Source of the DNA: Takakia lepidozioides
Lineage: Eukaryota > Plantae > Bryophyta
Reading direction: 5' to 3'
DNA length: 64,000 nucleotides
Assembly (NCBI GenBank): GCA_030704615.1
Contig: CM060731.1
Location: 48,980,001-49,044,000, forward strand
Part shown: piece after piece, positions 28,935 through 42,336 of the stretch
Position numbering within the stretch: position 1 is the first letter of the stretch
Layout of the letters: every line of letters begins with the position of its first letter
The notes under the pieces: generated by a model
Database searches by the model: none
What the model saw: the letters and a program-made list of their open reading frames with translations, nothing else
What the model was told of the DNA's origin: nothing
Program-made: the position numbers and the translations under genes

Positions 28935-31610
28935 TTGTCTTTTGTCCTCTGTTCACATGCAAGCCTTAACATTGTCTACAAGAAGGGGAAGGAGAATTTC
29001 AATGCAGATGCTCTTACATGGGTTGAGCCTCATGTAGGCAAGCCTATGGTGACTTTGGAGGACTTGGCTGCTCTTGATATATCCTCTCCTAAGGGGGCAA
29101 GCCTTGTTCTTAATCTTTTATATGCTGATCAGCAACCTCTTCTTCTTGATCCATCTAGCTTGGAGATTGCATGGGGCTGGTCTAGCCTTCTTGATGATCC
29201 AGGCTGAGTCCCTATATTGCTGGTTTGGACAGTGGATCTCATGTCTAAAGCCTTTGTGAGGGGCTAATCTATCATTCTTTGTTCCTTGTCCTTCCTTTTC
29301 AACTTTGGTTCGAGTTTGGTGCATCTACTGTTGTACTCCGGTGTAGGTTTTGGCAGTGTTTTAAGGCCTGATTTGTGTTCCCATGAGCCGTTTCAAATGA
29401 GGCAAGGATCTAGTAGCTGGAGATAACATGAGGCAGGCACTCCATGTCACCCTTACTAAAGCCCATTGAACCTCGCTTATGTGCAGTGCAATCATGGATG
29501 ATATGCTGCATGCAGCGCTACTCCATTAATGTCTTCATGGATATTCACCTACAGGGCTCCCTGAGAAGTTGAGAAAGCAAGTGTTATACAATGTGGATAC
29601 TCATCGTTATAGGGATGACAAGTTGTACAAAGTGGGCACTAAGGATGGGAGTCCTTGCTACTTGGAGATACCACCACGGAGCCAGTTAGATACTTTGTTA
29701 GAATGTTTTCATGCTTTTTTGTATGCAGGTCATCTTGGGGTTAAGAAGACTATAGTTCGCATACAAGAGGTCTACTACTGGAAGGGAATTCAAAGAGATG
29801 TGACTGCATTCATCTCCAAATGTGAGGCATGTCGATCTAACCTTGCACTTCCTCGGGTGGGGGTCACTTATAAATTGCAATCCTTGCTTATGACACATGC
29901 CTTTGCTCGAGTTGGTATTGACTTGGTAGTACCTCTCGCTCTCACGTTAAAGGGTCATAGCTATCTTTGGGTAGCTACATATTACTTGACTACATGGGTA
30001 GAAGTCTGTCCTATGGTTACCAAAGATTCTGACTCGGTAGCACAATTCTTCTTTGAGGAGATTGTAATGAGGCATGGTTATCCTCTTGAGGTCCTTACCG
30101 ATAATGGCCGGGAGTTTTGCAATGACCTCTTGAATATCATATGCTTTAACTTTGGAATCAAGCATGTGACTAAAGCCCCCTACCATCCTCAAACCAAAGG
30201 TTTGACGGAGCGTTTCAATCAGACTTTTTGCCGAATGTTGGAGAAGAATGGCGAGCTTGCAAGGGAGTGGGACATCTTGTCTCCTCAACCCTTCCCGCAC
30301 TTCCGTCTAGTATGTGTTCAATTCGTATAATATTCTTATCGGTCTGGTCTTTGCTTATCGCACTGCTGTTCATGCTAGCACGAGGAAAACTCCTTTTGAG
30401 TTGCTTTATGGTAGACGTTGTGTCTCTTCTTTGCATCCCACTCCACTGATTTCTACTGTTTCTGAGCTTGCTGACTTGACTGATTTTGTAGAGAGGGTGC
30501 ATGCTAGGCACATGATCTCGGTTAATGAGGCTAAGGCTAACATTGTTATTGCTCAAGCAGTACATGCTAGGAATTTTAACAAATGGGTTAAGTACTCATA
30601 TCACTTCCATGAGGGACAGACTGTGTGCCTACGTCTTCAGCATGGGCAATATGTATGTAAATCTAAGCGGAAGATCGATGGTCCTTATTTGTTATACAAG
30701 TTGCTTCGTGGGAGATGTGCTTTGATTTTGCCGCAGGGACACAATACGAAAGCACATGAGGAGCCAGTGGCACTTGCAGATATGATTCATTCGGAGCTGG
30801 TTTTTGACTTGACATGCATCAATGTTGAGGGGCGATCGGTGGTACTCACTCCTCGTGGTGCAGTTGCTATGGAGGCTTCGGTTTCATATGAGACCTCTCT
30901 TGGACTTAGACAAATTTTTCATTTTCAGATTGTAGTATTCTTCCATGGTTGTTTTGTAGTCTAGTTTTAGACTGAGCATGAAGTTCCAACTTGTCCACAC
31001 GCGTAAGGTTTTCTTTTGCATGGGTTTTGTCCCACCGGGTTTTCCCACGAAAGGTTTTTCACCTTGCGACGTTGGTGAACTTCATGGCGGGGTAACATCC
31101 TTATATTTTACCTCGCGGAGCTCGGATTTTAAAGGAGGGGGGGGGAGCCTTCACATCTATGATGGCTCATGTTCTACTGGCCTGACTTTCAGCCTATTCA
31201 TTATTGTCTGACAGGTTCATCCCATGCCATTAGTATTTACGGCCGGAGACCATTATATACAGCCTGACCTATACTTGTTTGAGGTTATCCTAGAGCTTTG
31301 TGGCTGCATCTGGCTCCTACATTGGTCTACGGGCCAAATCTGTTTGTAATCTAGGCACCCCGTGGCAGCATGCCACGTGGGGGTATTGCCTCACCCCAGG
31401 TTTTGGGTATAAGCTTGTTCCTGACCTTGAGTCACGGCCCTTCTTCTCGTATGTACAACTTGGTGTACGGGCTTCTGGACGTGCTCTGTGAGCTTTGGAT
31501 GTGTGTGTGGTAGCACTGCATATGTCGTGGCATGTTCATCTCTCTTCTCGTGCTGTAAACCCCGCTCCTTCCGAGCTCTTACACCCCTAGTTTAACGTGC
31601 ACTTGTGAGG
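28935..31610 (+). mobile_element. Ty3/gypsy 3' remnant (RNase H end, integrase, PPT, probable LTR)
   Basis: NIVYKKGKENFNADAL; H..GHLGVKKT..CEAC; VGIDLV, LTDNGREF, HPQTKGLTERFN; YRTAVHASTRKTPFELLYG; purine tract aaaggaggggggggg at ~31131-31147. Confidence 0.85.
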
Positions 31611-31650
31611 ACGGGAGAATCTCATTCAAGCACAAAATAAGCCTTCACAA

Positions 31651-31951
31651 TGTTAGTAACTATGAAGAGACATAGTCTTCTTCTATCACCGGAAGTAAAT
31701 CGTTGCTTCCGAGTGGTTATGGTAGTTCTACATGTAGAGGTAGTTACAGATTAAGAGGTATGCCTCTACGACTGCCATGCAAAGAGAGCTCGGGGTGAAG
31801 CACCACATAGTGACAAGAAACTCTTCTTCTTGGTGTCTTCTACGGTTGGGAGGAGAGTCTCTATGATATATATAATAGGGTCTTTAACAAAGAGTATTTG
31901 TCTATCTTATCATCTTTTGTCTTAGTGGTATGGAATCCTGGAATTATTACA
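31651..31951 (+). mobile_element. Probable copia solo LTR
   Basis: tgttag...gaattattaca. Shares agctcggggtgaagc and tctacggttggg.ggagagt motifs with the two copia LTR types in the window. TSD imperfect. Confidence 0.55.
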
Positions 31952-32524
31952 CAGGAAACGATTCGGTAACTTGTGGATGCATACATGTATGCTAGCTCCT
32001 AAATGACAAGGAAACGAATCGAGGCTCACTCTTCAGCCTTCCAGCGGAGGAAATGGATGAAGTTTATCTTCCTCTTTTCTTCAGTGCAGACGACGGTCTG
32101 ACGACGGTCTGTAGCCTGCCCACCATGGACTCGAATCGATTGCTCTTCATGCTGCGTACGATTGTTTCTGTGCCACCAGTTGAGCACCTCCAAACGCACA
32201 CAGAACTGCTTAATTCGGAAAGTAAACTAAATCATCGTCTAGCCCCCGCCCCACCTTTGGTTGTACATATTGTATCGCTGGATCCAACATTGGGCCTTAA
32301 AGCGCATGTTAGCACTCGTGAAAAAGAAGTCTGTACATATGATCTGTGATTCAGTTTCTCCTCAGGTCTTAGTGCTGTTCGACTGATCAATTGGCGGCAA
32401 TTACGCTTGTGGGTGAACACGAGAACATTACAGTGCGGAGGTTGTGGAAGCTTCACCCACAATTTGTGTTGGCCGTTTACTTAATATATAATCAAGATTC
32501 CGTGAAACTTCAAGAACGCGCAGA

Positions 32525-33877
32525 ATGTCTGGAGCGATGGATTTGGACCCCTTGCTTTGGACATCGCTCGGGGAAATCTCACCTGACCTGTTTGAAATGA
32601 TACTTACCCACCTTCCCCTTCCGAAATTGTTTCAGCTGCAGATAGTGCATAGGCCGTGGCTGAACTTCCTCGATTCGCCAAGAGTCCTTTCATTACTACG
32701 TGAGAGGCCTAGCCATCTGGAATCATCATACGGACACCTACTTCAATTTCGCCGAAGCGTCAGCACATGTTACTTCGCTCTTGAGCACACGACAGGAAAA
32801 TGGCAACAAATGCCGCCATTATCGTTTCTCCCAGATTTAAATGACTTTAAGGTCATTGTCGCGGGGGCTGGGGGCCTGCTATGTGTTCAATCGTGCAATT
32901 GTACCAATCTCCGATTTTGCCGTTGTACCCGTCTCTTCTCATCTGAAATACCTTCTGTGAAATTAGTAGTGTGTAACCCGCTGACCAGACGCTACAGAGA
33001 GTTGCCCCGATTGAATGGAGTCCCGCAGACCTGGATTCCCTTCATTGGGCATTTGGTCTTAGATAGTTCCACCGAGGCATATAAGGTCATTATTGTGTGT
33101 TTCAGCGGCCTCACTGAAATCCCGGACTACGACCAAATTCAGTACATAGTGTCCACAGCAGTCTATCACTCTACCACAAACACATGGACAATCGCTCGCG
33201 ACAGAGTTATTGACATTGTTGGCTTTCCAGCAGATGCATCTGGTGATGACGTTACTGAGGGTGGCACAGCCTTGTGCAATGGAAGAGTATACATGTTACT
33301 TGACGATGTCGGATGTACCCTCGACAAATTGCTCGGTTTGTGTTTCGATGTCCAAACTGGTGCATGGACAAGGGACGCCTGTATCTCCAGACCATTTACA
33401 AGTGAAATCGCAACATTCAACACACCAATACTTGTTGAATGTTTGGGTGAACTGTACGCTGTGGTCCCTGTCACTATACTTGAACCTATACTCCCTTCAA
33501 GTTCAATCACGAGGAAGTCTGCGATTAGACACATTGTCATCTTGAAAAGGTTTGTCAGCGGACCAGGATCAGATCCACATTTTGAGGAGGTGACCAGGGT
33601 TCCTCGCAGGATGTTCATAATGATGGGACCCTCAGCCACGGTCACTCCGACAATGTGGTACTCATGTATCGTAGATGGACACCACTTCTTGTGCACTGCC
33701 GCCAATTCTTTCATGTTCTTATACGATGTTGTCGAAGGCTCGTGGAACAGGCGGCCCACCCTGACAAGCTTTCCTACCAGTCGCAGAGGTAGATCATCGC
33801 AGACTTTGTGGAGATTTGATTTCAACCCTCAGGATGTTTGTGGGGTTACATTCCAACCCAGCTGGTCTTCTGTGTAG
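32525..33877 (+). CDS. Intronless F-box protein with kelch/FBA-like C-terminal region
   Basis: 450-aa ORF; LWTSL...PDLFEMILTHLPLPKLFQLQIVHRPW F-box; AGAGGLLC, VVCNPLTRRYRELP, YKVI, VYHSTTNTW motifs typical of plant F-box/kelch proteins. Confidence 0.88.
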   Translation: MSGAMDLDPLLWTSLGEISPDLFEMILTHLPLPKLFQLQIVHRPWLNFLDSPRVLSLLRERPSHLESSYGHLLQFRRSVSTCYFALEHTTGKWQQMPPLSFLPDLNDFKVIVAGAGGLLCVQSCNCTNLRFCRCTRLFSSEIPSVKLVVCNPLTRRYRELPRLNGVPQTWIPFIGHLVLDSSTEAYKVIIVCFSGLTEIPDYDQIQYIVSTAVYHSTTNTWTIARDRVIDIVGFPADASGDDVTEGGTALCNGRVYMLLDDVGCTLDKLLGLCFDVQTGAWTRDACISRPFTSEIATFNTPILVECLGELYAVVPVTILEPILPSSSITRKSAIRHIVILKRFVSGPGSDPHFEEVTRVPRRMFIMMGPSATVTPTMWYSCIVDGHHFLCTAANSFMFLYDVVEGSWNRRPTLTSFPTSRRGRSSQTLWRFDFNPQDVCGVTFQPSWSSV

Positions 33878-35174
33878 CTTTAAGTACGTACATGTATGCA
33901 GTAATTTGGTTGAACTGAGTTGTATTCGAGCGCTAAGAGCGTGGAACGCTTGAGAAATGCTGTCCAAGCGAGGACTTTGAAAACTGACTCGTTCTCGGCA
34001 TACAGGGTTGCTAGGCATGAACATTACTGGTTTCTAACATACACTTTATGCATGTGCGTGAAACATTTTCTCGAAATTTGTTGGGCTGTCGGTTTTTGAC
34101 GATGACGATTTGCTTAAAACGTAAATATTATCAGTCCATTAATCGTCAATGAGCACTTCTATTTTTTAAGACCTTTGTGCAGTGGTGCTAATTGATACAT
34201 TCTGTACAAGCTATGGAAGTCTAAAGATCACTCGGTGCGAACGTTAGCATCGCAATCTGGAAAAGTTATCGAGACAAATAACTCACAAACGAATGCGTAG
34301 TACTTACTGGGAGAGGAGTTGGAGACAAGGGGCCCCCATAGCCTGAAATGCTGGCTGATTTGCATATACACGCGGTACTAGAGAGTATTGCTCTGTGATC
34401 ACCCTGCAGCATATGTTTGAGGGGATCTAGTTGTGCGGAGGTCCGCGGTACCTTTTGCCCCGCAGTCATCCGCTTTCGAACTGATTAATTTCCCCCCAGT
34501 AGACTATAGGAATTCAGCTAGATTTCATCTATGTATTACGTTTTAGGGAGCAGCCGCAGGTCTACATCATCCCGTGCGAAATGGACTACAACAGTAATTT
34601 TGAAATTTTGAACCCAGTGCACTGTAGCTTTTCTCATGGGACTTGAATAAATAGGTACTGCCTCTTCGATCTGATGCTTGACGGGTGCTTGAACGTTCAC
34701 AGCTCGAAGATGATCATGTTCAAATTTTGAAAGTTTAAGGGGTCTACATAATTGTAAGCTGCCCAGTTGAGCCACTCCCAACGAGAGAGAGTTGTAACAT
34801 GTGGACACTGATTTGAAGTCTCTAGCTGGTGGAAATCGGATAAACTAGTTGACTCTGTTTTCCAAGATGTCTCAAGCGGTTTCCGGCCATGAAGGGAACC
34901 CGCCTGGAGATGGAAAGTATATGGGATCTAGATCTCTACTTGAACGCGACCATAGTTGTTTCCAGTGCATTTTAAAAAAAGCCCTCCAGTCTCCCACAGC
35001 TTCAAGAACAGTAAATTATATGTCTGAAGGATGGATCATTTCCAGGAACCCATTGAGTTGGCGATCGCTCAGCCACGACCCTGTTTGAAATGAAACAGGT
35101 CTAAACGTATGGACCTTCCATTGTTGAAAGATCAATTACATAGACCGTGGTTGAACTTTCTCAATCCTATAGGG

Positions 35175-35448
35175 ACAGCGAGTTCTTGGGCACACCACAG
35201 AAAAATGGCCGCCCTTACTAGTCCACGGGGCACAGAAAACGCGCCGTGTCTCCTGTGAAATCTGGTCGAGTTGTTGAAGAGTCGGGGCTGGCGACTGTTT
35301 CAAGTGATGCGCTCCCAGAATATTCTAAAGTTGTACGTAGTGCTTTTGGTGATGCAAAAATCTAGTGAGAACCGCAAGATAGTTATACTTTTGATCCGAG
35401 CGGTGAGATGTGACCGTGGTGGTGGTCGGAGACAGGAGTGTAAACCAC
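35175..35448 (+). repeat. Dispersed ~270-bp repeat, copy 2
   Basis: Collinear with 18933-19198. Confidence 0.85.
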
Positions 35449-36551
35449 TGTTGTTGTGCGGGTAAAGAGATTGTTGCTTATCCTCTGATAAGGATAAATA
35501 AGAACGAGTACATATCCTCCAGTAAAGACGTAGAGAGCCCTCACTACAAGTTTTCATCTCATTCTGTCAGTACGTATTAGTTATAACAACCGTTTATAAA
35601 GAGCTCAGTTGTTGAATGTGTCCAAGGGGCAATTCAATGCGCTCGTCCATCTCACTAAATTTCTACACATCCAGATACGTTTCAAGATTTGAGTCTTCTG
35701 TTGAAAATTTCAACATTGTCTTTAAGAAGGTTTGTCGTGACTCTTCAATCCATGCTTCGAGAAGCTGGGTGCCTTGGGTTCGAAGGTCAATTGCATGGGA
35801 CCATTGGTCAAGATCATGGGTCAACTATGTCGTAAACAGAGACCACCTCCTAATACCCCCCAGCAGCCTGACTATTATGTGGTCGCAAGCTCGTGGAGAT
35901 TGCAGTCGCACCACAGCAACATTGCTAACCCTGGAACCTTGGGGTGGGACTTCGAGACATTCCGAATTTAAAACTTGGTTCAGCTTTTATCCTTGGATAC
36001 CAACCATGCATCAATGGGTTGTTGCGAGGGCCTACCATGATCGACCACTATCATCATTATTCACTAACAGCCCACCTGATCATTTGGGAGAAGAGCATGG
36101 AAGCACAACAACTGCAAAGTGAGCCCTCGTGTTTGAACAACTTTTATTGATGTAGCACTTGCATGTGCAGACATAGACAGTATATTGTGAACGTTGTTTA
36201 GTATAGTGCGACCTTAATGATCTTATGGATGGAGAAATTCCTTCACTCTTTTCGAACAACAAAGTTAAAGTCATACCACTCTTGAACTATTAAATTGGAA
36301 TGTGCACACCTCACATAATTTACATTTAGATTCAGCTTGGAGGAATGTGGGTTTTGCGCTGCCACCTTCCTAATGTAGGTGTTGTAACTGGGTTCTACAC
36401 GGAACAGTCTTGTGAACTTGGCCTTGATGCCAGCTGGCAGAATTCACCTACGAGGAGGGGGGAAAGCTGAATGCTGGAGTGTAGAATCCCTGCAGGCAGC
36501 AGGGGAGAAGTCGATTGCGGAATAAACATCTAGTGGCAAATGATTTCTCGT

Positions 36552-38469
36552 CTACGCTGCTACATATGGAGAGCTCCGGTCCAAGGAAGAATTCATAGCC
36601 TTGAAGGGACCAGCTCGCAAAACGTATTGGTGGTATGCTGCAGCCAAAGCAGCTCCAATGAAAGGTCCCACCCAGAAAATCCACTGCATATCCAGAGATT
36701 TCACCCAGTTAGTTCTAGACAACTACTCCAGAGAGGATTATGTGTACACATGGAAACTAACTTCCTAATACGTATTGTTAGTTTGCCCCTTGGATTGGAA
36801 CCTATTCAAAGCTCGTTGAGGTAATTAGCTCGGAGATTGTCAGACCTATGCTCTTCTCCCATTTCTATGAACCGGTTACAAGTTTTTCTTCTTACTTGAG
36901 GGAGGCGCATTTGCAGCTCTTTCCTACATTTAAATTGACATGGTCCATGTAGCAACGAGCTTGAATCTGCTTTCAGGGAAATTCCACACTGATACCTTAG
37001 CACAGCTCTGACAGAGGCAGAGGTCGGAGTTCCCCTGTCCGATAGAAATAGAGTATTTCTTTCTGACCCAGCAGTCTTATGGAATCCCGATTCAGTGCGA
37101 AAGTAGTGTTTTGCATGTTGACCAACCACATAGTTAATTTAGGACTTGGAGGACTTACGTGGTTGTCCCATGCACTGTCTCGATTGAAGATTACTGCGGA
37201 GCCGAGGCTGCGAGCTGGGTTGATGCCAGTTCCGGTAATGGGAATGGTGGCCAAGTGAACAATGATCACTGCAAACCCAATGGGTAAGGGCGCCAGCACC
37301 TGTACATAATCCACAGCATATATTCCAGATTAGCTCAAGCAAACAGCCTCATGATTTGGCACTTCTGAGATCTACATCAGAACTCTGCATTTGAAACTGG
37401 ACCAATCTCCAAGGACCTATACCTCTCTCTAGTGGACTTTCCTTATCTATTCTTTTTCCCTACAGGGAGTAGGCACTGTTGGGAATGTAAGAGCTGAAGT
37501 TGACTTATGCTTCGCTCACGTCTTTCACTCTCAGGACTGTCCTTCTAGACTGAACCCTCTACTTGCTGGCCAGGCCACCTCTCTCTTACTTACCGGCACA
37601 TGGGAATCGCGGGCATTGCGCTTCGGGTCGGTTGCAGAGAACACTGTATACACGAGTACAAACGTTCCGATGATTTCAGCAGCAAGCCCAGTGCCTAACG
37701 TGTAGCCGTGGTGAACGTAGTTGACCCCTCCTCCATTACTTTCAAAGGATGAGTGTTGCATGCCCTTCACTATGCCCACACCACATATAGCTCCCAGGCA
37801 CTGCGCCACTATGTAGGCAGCGGCGCGTGGAAGAGACACCTTTCTTGCAACAAACATACCGAATGTGACAGCTGGGTTGATGTGTCCACCTGAACATTAG
37901 CACATGTGATCCAGTTACGTTTCTACATATAGCGATCACAAAATTTGGGTTCTCTTCTTCCCATGATGTCACACCCCTGAGTTTATTTCCAAATTTCCTC
38001 CCTCTCCGAAATCTAAGTTTCTTTCTACGGACTTTCTCGTATGAGATGCTGCACGCAATTTCTGTGCGAAGTATCTTTGTCACTACATGTACATAGTGCA
38101 TATCCACTGCACGGAAGCCAGTTCGACACAGGCGGATTGATCATGCATAGCAACGCATTGAGCCAATCTTGAAATTTCAAGCGAATCGTGTATCGTACCT
38201 GAGATACCAGCAGTGCAATAGACGAGGATAAAAATCATCCCTCCAACTGCCCAGGCGATACCAAGAAGCCCTACGCCTTCACATCCCGGATTGCGACTTT
38301 CGCCGATAATGGTGGAAACTGTGATGTATAGAAACAGTAAGGCTGCAACGAATTCGGCAATAACTGCACGGTAGAACGACCAACTGGCTAACTCTATTGT
38401 GTCCACCAGCGGAGCTGGTGGTGGATCTGTGTAGTCCTTGAAGCCTGTCTCTGCGCCCGCCTTCGCCAT
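36552..38469 (-). CDS. Plasma-membrane intrinsic protein (PIP2-like aquaporin). Exons 38469-38199, 37889-37594, 37299-37159, 36683-36552
   Basis: [69 protein letters not shown]. Intact frame, three GT-AG introns. Confidence 0.96.
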
Positions 38470-38544
38470 CTCTCTTCCTCTCTCTACACAGACAAAGACA
38501 CACACATATGTAAACGCCCCAGGTAGAAAGTGATCAGCGTTTCT

Positions 38545-38730
38545 TGAGTTTATACGAGCAACCTATCGCAGCACTATCGGAGCACTATCGACGACTTTCT
38601 GGTCCTCAGTCTACTGCCTCGGTCTACTGCTGCAGATCTTGCTCGGCAATTGCTCCCTCCCTCTATCCTGTAGCTGGTACGGTGGGCACCCAATTTTGAG
38701 CACCCAATTCATGGGCACCCAATTTTGAGC
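38545..38730 (-). promoter_or_regulatory. PIP proximal promoter: TATA-like element and short tandem motifs
   Basis: tataaa on the minus strand ~85 bp upstream of the ATG; three gcacccaatt repeats at ~38685-38730. Confidence 0.4.
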
Positions 38731-39601
38731 TCCAAGCGGGCGTCCACAAGCAGCCCAAAAACAGTAATTTCTCAAGGGAAGAATGAACGTGCCAACACCG
38801 TCAGCTCACACAAACAACACGGTTTCATCTAACGGCTCATGCTAAAATGCCATCGACCAGCCTGGATGTGATATAGAGTGAGAGAGACTAGGTAGTGTAG
38901 TGTCAAGAATATACTGAGTGTCATAGCCTACCGAAAGCGACAGATACATCACGAACAGACATAATAGTGGTCCCCGACCAAAATGTCCACCGAAGGGGCC
39001 GTCAGCTATGCCAGTTCGATAGATAAGAGCGGGATTGCTCTCACGGAGCTACATGCAGCCTCTTTTGGCCCTCTAAATGTGAGTAAGAGCAAGATGCTTA
39101 CAGGCGCCGCCTGCTGACTAAGTTGCATATAACATAGCTTGATCAATATAATCTATGTTCCACTCTCTGTACAAACAAGTATTATTGTGCTACTAGTCTG
39201 TCAGAAATGCAATCATTGGGTCTCATCACAATGTACTGACTAGGCACCTATTGCAGCATCAGGCAAGTCTGAGCTTCATTCATTGTCTCTGGTTTTAAGT
39301 AGCCTTACATGTTGTGGGGTCTTCCAAATCGCTTTGCAGTGGCGTGGCAGGCTGTTCTCCAACACAATGCAGCGGTGGCTCACATCCAACGCGTTCCAAA
39401 AGATCTGTGGCCAGGCTCTCAAGAGAGCCCAACTAACACAGAAGTCTAGTACAAGACGAAGATTCTTCCGTCAGAAACTTAAATGAATGCCTCCTCCACC
39501 AGCTACTACCTTTAACCACTTTCTTATAGAGATCTTGCAACTCGAAACACCCCACGGTAACTTTAGCAGGGAAAATGCTCCAAACAATCTCTCGGGACTC
39601 C

Positions 39602-39602
<1 letters not shown>

Positions 39603-39633
<31 letters not shown>

Positions 39634-39651
39634 ACAACACAGTCTCTCTCT
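39603..39651. repeat. (CT)n microsatellite
   Basis: Interrupted CT run. Confidence 0.8.
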
Positions 39652-41405
39652 TCAGCACCGCATCCCTTTATGTAGCTCTCCCTTTTTTTGCGTCTCCTAT
39701 GAGAAAAAGGTCCCGGACCCGGGCCGGTACGCCTACGTGGCCCGCCGCCACCCGCAGCCGCGCCTGCGCCTCACATCCGCGCAGTCACCGCGACGACGCC
39801 GATGAGCCGGCACCCGGTCTAAAGTCCATTTTTGGTTATAACGAACATTAAATTCAAGAATTGTGCATACAGAGATACGTTACCCAGAGAGCAGTCTCTG
39901 TTGAAATTGAGTGATACTGGATTGAATTCCTATAGCCTCGCACCTAGAGTTTTTTTTTTAAATATATATAGGGGATGAAGCCCCAACATTTTATTGAATA
40001 AAGGCGAATTTTTTATTTTAACCAAAAAAGAAAATTCTACTTCAAGGGATTATTATTTTTTAAAGGGATTTCTGTGTCCTGGGAAGTTCAGTGGATGCCC
40101 ATCTTCATGCATAGTCATACATGTATGGAAATACATGCGAAATACCTATATGGTTGTGGGCCCCTTAGGTTCAGATGTTCAGATACCCTCAAACAATATT
40201 ATGCAAATACATGAGAAATATATGGTCATGCATGTGTGCTCGAATCCTGCTTACCATGTTGTGTGGTATTAGTTTCTCTGCGCTGTGCCCTAGCTTTGTG
40301 CTAGGCGTTTACTGGGAAAGAGGTTAGGTTTTCCTGTCACTGTAATGAAGGGGCCTCTTTCTTTTTCTTTTGAAAAAACAAATATGAGATTCTCCTGCTC
40401 TTTTTACTATCTAGTATTGACTCTATCTGACTCTTTAACCCTACCGACTCCAGTCGCTGGTTAACTTCATATCTCCATGTGGTTAACTGCGATCCGAAAG
40501 GTAATATCTTTTTTTTTCTTTTTTTTTTTGCAGAGGCACCGGTGACAAAACAAAAGGGGCCCCTTGAAGTTCCCCAAAAACAGATAATATAGGTACATAA
40601 AACTGCAACGCAGCCAATAAAACTTAATAATTATTGTTTAAAGACATAAATAATAAGTACAATAAGAAAAAATGGTTGCACCCTCACTAGTCCAGGCTGG
40701 TTAGTCCCTGGTGAATGTTTTCTAAAGGGAATGGGACACAGAGATCTTCTCACAAGTGGGTACCGTCTGGCATGCCACGTGTGACAGATCACTTAAGTGG
40801 GTCCCTCTGACTTTGTGGTTGAAGGAAAATTCCTGAACACCAGAGACTCATCCATCAGATCCCCAACAGATTTCATCCCAAGGAAACAGCTCACATCATA
40901 CTCTACTCACCCTTGCAAAATTCCAAATTCAATGGATCTTTGAAGGAAGAAAGGAAGGGACGGTAGGGTGAAGGAGTGGCTGATATGTAAGGGCCTGTGT
41001 GAGGAGAGCTGAGAAGTAGGATATGTGAGGCGGTTGGACGGTGCCCCGGGGGCCCCTCCCTTGTACACCTTTCCATGCCGCCGCCAGGGAGGGTTTACTT
41101 ATGTTATTTAGGAGGACCCTTCAATAGATCACTTTGCTTTGTGGGGATGAGCTCCAGGTTTGGTGGGCTTTGGCATTGCCAGTGGGGACTCATATAAGGG
41201 AAGTATATAAAGGAAGGTGAGGGCTCCACTCTGCAGGACTTCTTCCGCCTCAATCTTTTATTTACTCGGTGGGCTCTGCAAGCAGGCAACCAAGAGTTTG
41301 ATTCATGGATTTTGAGCCGCCAAATTTAGCCCGCTTCTACCTCTGTGATTTTCAAGAGGCTTGTTTTTCTTGTGGTTTTGTGTTATGGAGATTTTGAGTT
41401 CAGAC

Positions 41406-42336
41406 CAGTGTTGTGCAGGTTCTGCCTTTTTAAGAAACCCGCCGGGTCTGGATACGGATTTTTTTTTCGAGCCAAGTCCGGGTCCGGATCCGGGTTTTTG
41501 AAATTTGGAAAATCCGGGTCCGGGTTTGTCAACACAGACTCGGGTTAGGGTCCGGGTAGTTGTTGGGAAATATTAGCGGGTTCACGGGTTCGGATCCGGG
41601 TCCTAATTTATTGATTAAATAAATTAGAAAATTAAGACTAATTAGGGATAAATTTATTTTTGGCTGGAAAAAACTTTAAATCCTAATAATGAATTTTATT
41701 TTAAGAGAGATTCCTTCAAAATATACCATGAATATGAATATGTATACCATGAATAAGAATTAAATAAAGTTTGAGTTCCATTTTCTATTTTTCAATATCA
41801 ATTCTTTAAACATGTTAAGAATAGTAATATGCCTCCAGGGTAGATCACTATAGCATGGATGTGTGGGATTTGGCATAATAATAATATATGACGTCTCCTT
41901 TGGGAGGTGTAAATTATGGTCCCAGACGGCACAACTTTGTGACACCACTCGGGGGATTGAACCCACAACCGCTTTTGAGGTGGTATGTGGGCATTACCAC
42001 TGGGCTACAACGTGGTGGGGCTGGCTGCTGCGGCCTATTGCTGCTGGTCCCCTCCACATATATGACAAAACCTACCAGATCTAAGGTGGACCCCGCATGC
42101 CCCATCAAAATTTAAGACCCGGACCCTGACCCGCTACATTGGCCCACGGGTAGCGGGTTTAACGGGTTCTGGACCCAGCGAGGCGGGTCCGGGTCCGGTT
42201 CCGGGTTCATTTTAGAAATGAATCCGGGTCAGAGTCCGGGTTTTTTGTGATAGCAGGGGTCCGAGTGAGGGTCCGGGTAACCCGGATCCTAACCCGCCCG
42301 GTACCCGCCTTCAAAACCCGGATCCGCACAACACTG
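41406..42336. mobile_element. Non-autonomous hAT-like element (MITE) with CCGGGT subterminal repeats
   Basis: TIR cagtgttgtgc / gcacaacactg; gttcagac duplicated on both flanks (one extra g on the right); many tccgggt motifs near both ends. Confidence 0.85.

Noticed and set aside
33166-33825. 219-aa antisense ORF
   Set aside because: Shadow of the F-box CDS.
5893-38469. NPF, ABCG and PIP as a functional membrane-transport cluster
   Set aside because: Two of the three look broken, all belong to large families, and the spacing is ordinary; co-location is probably chance.
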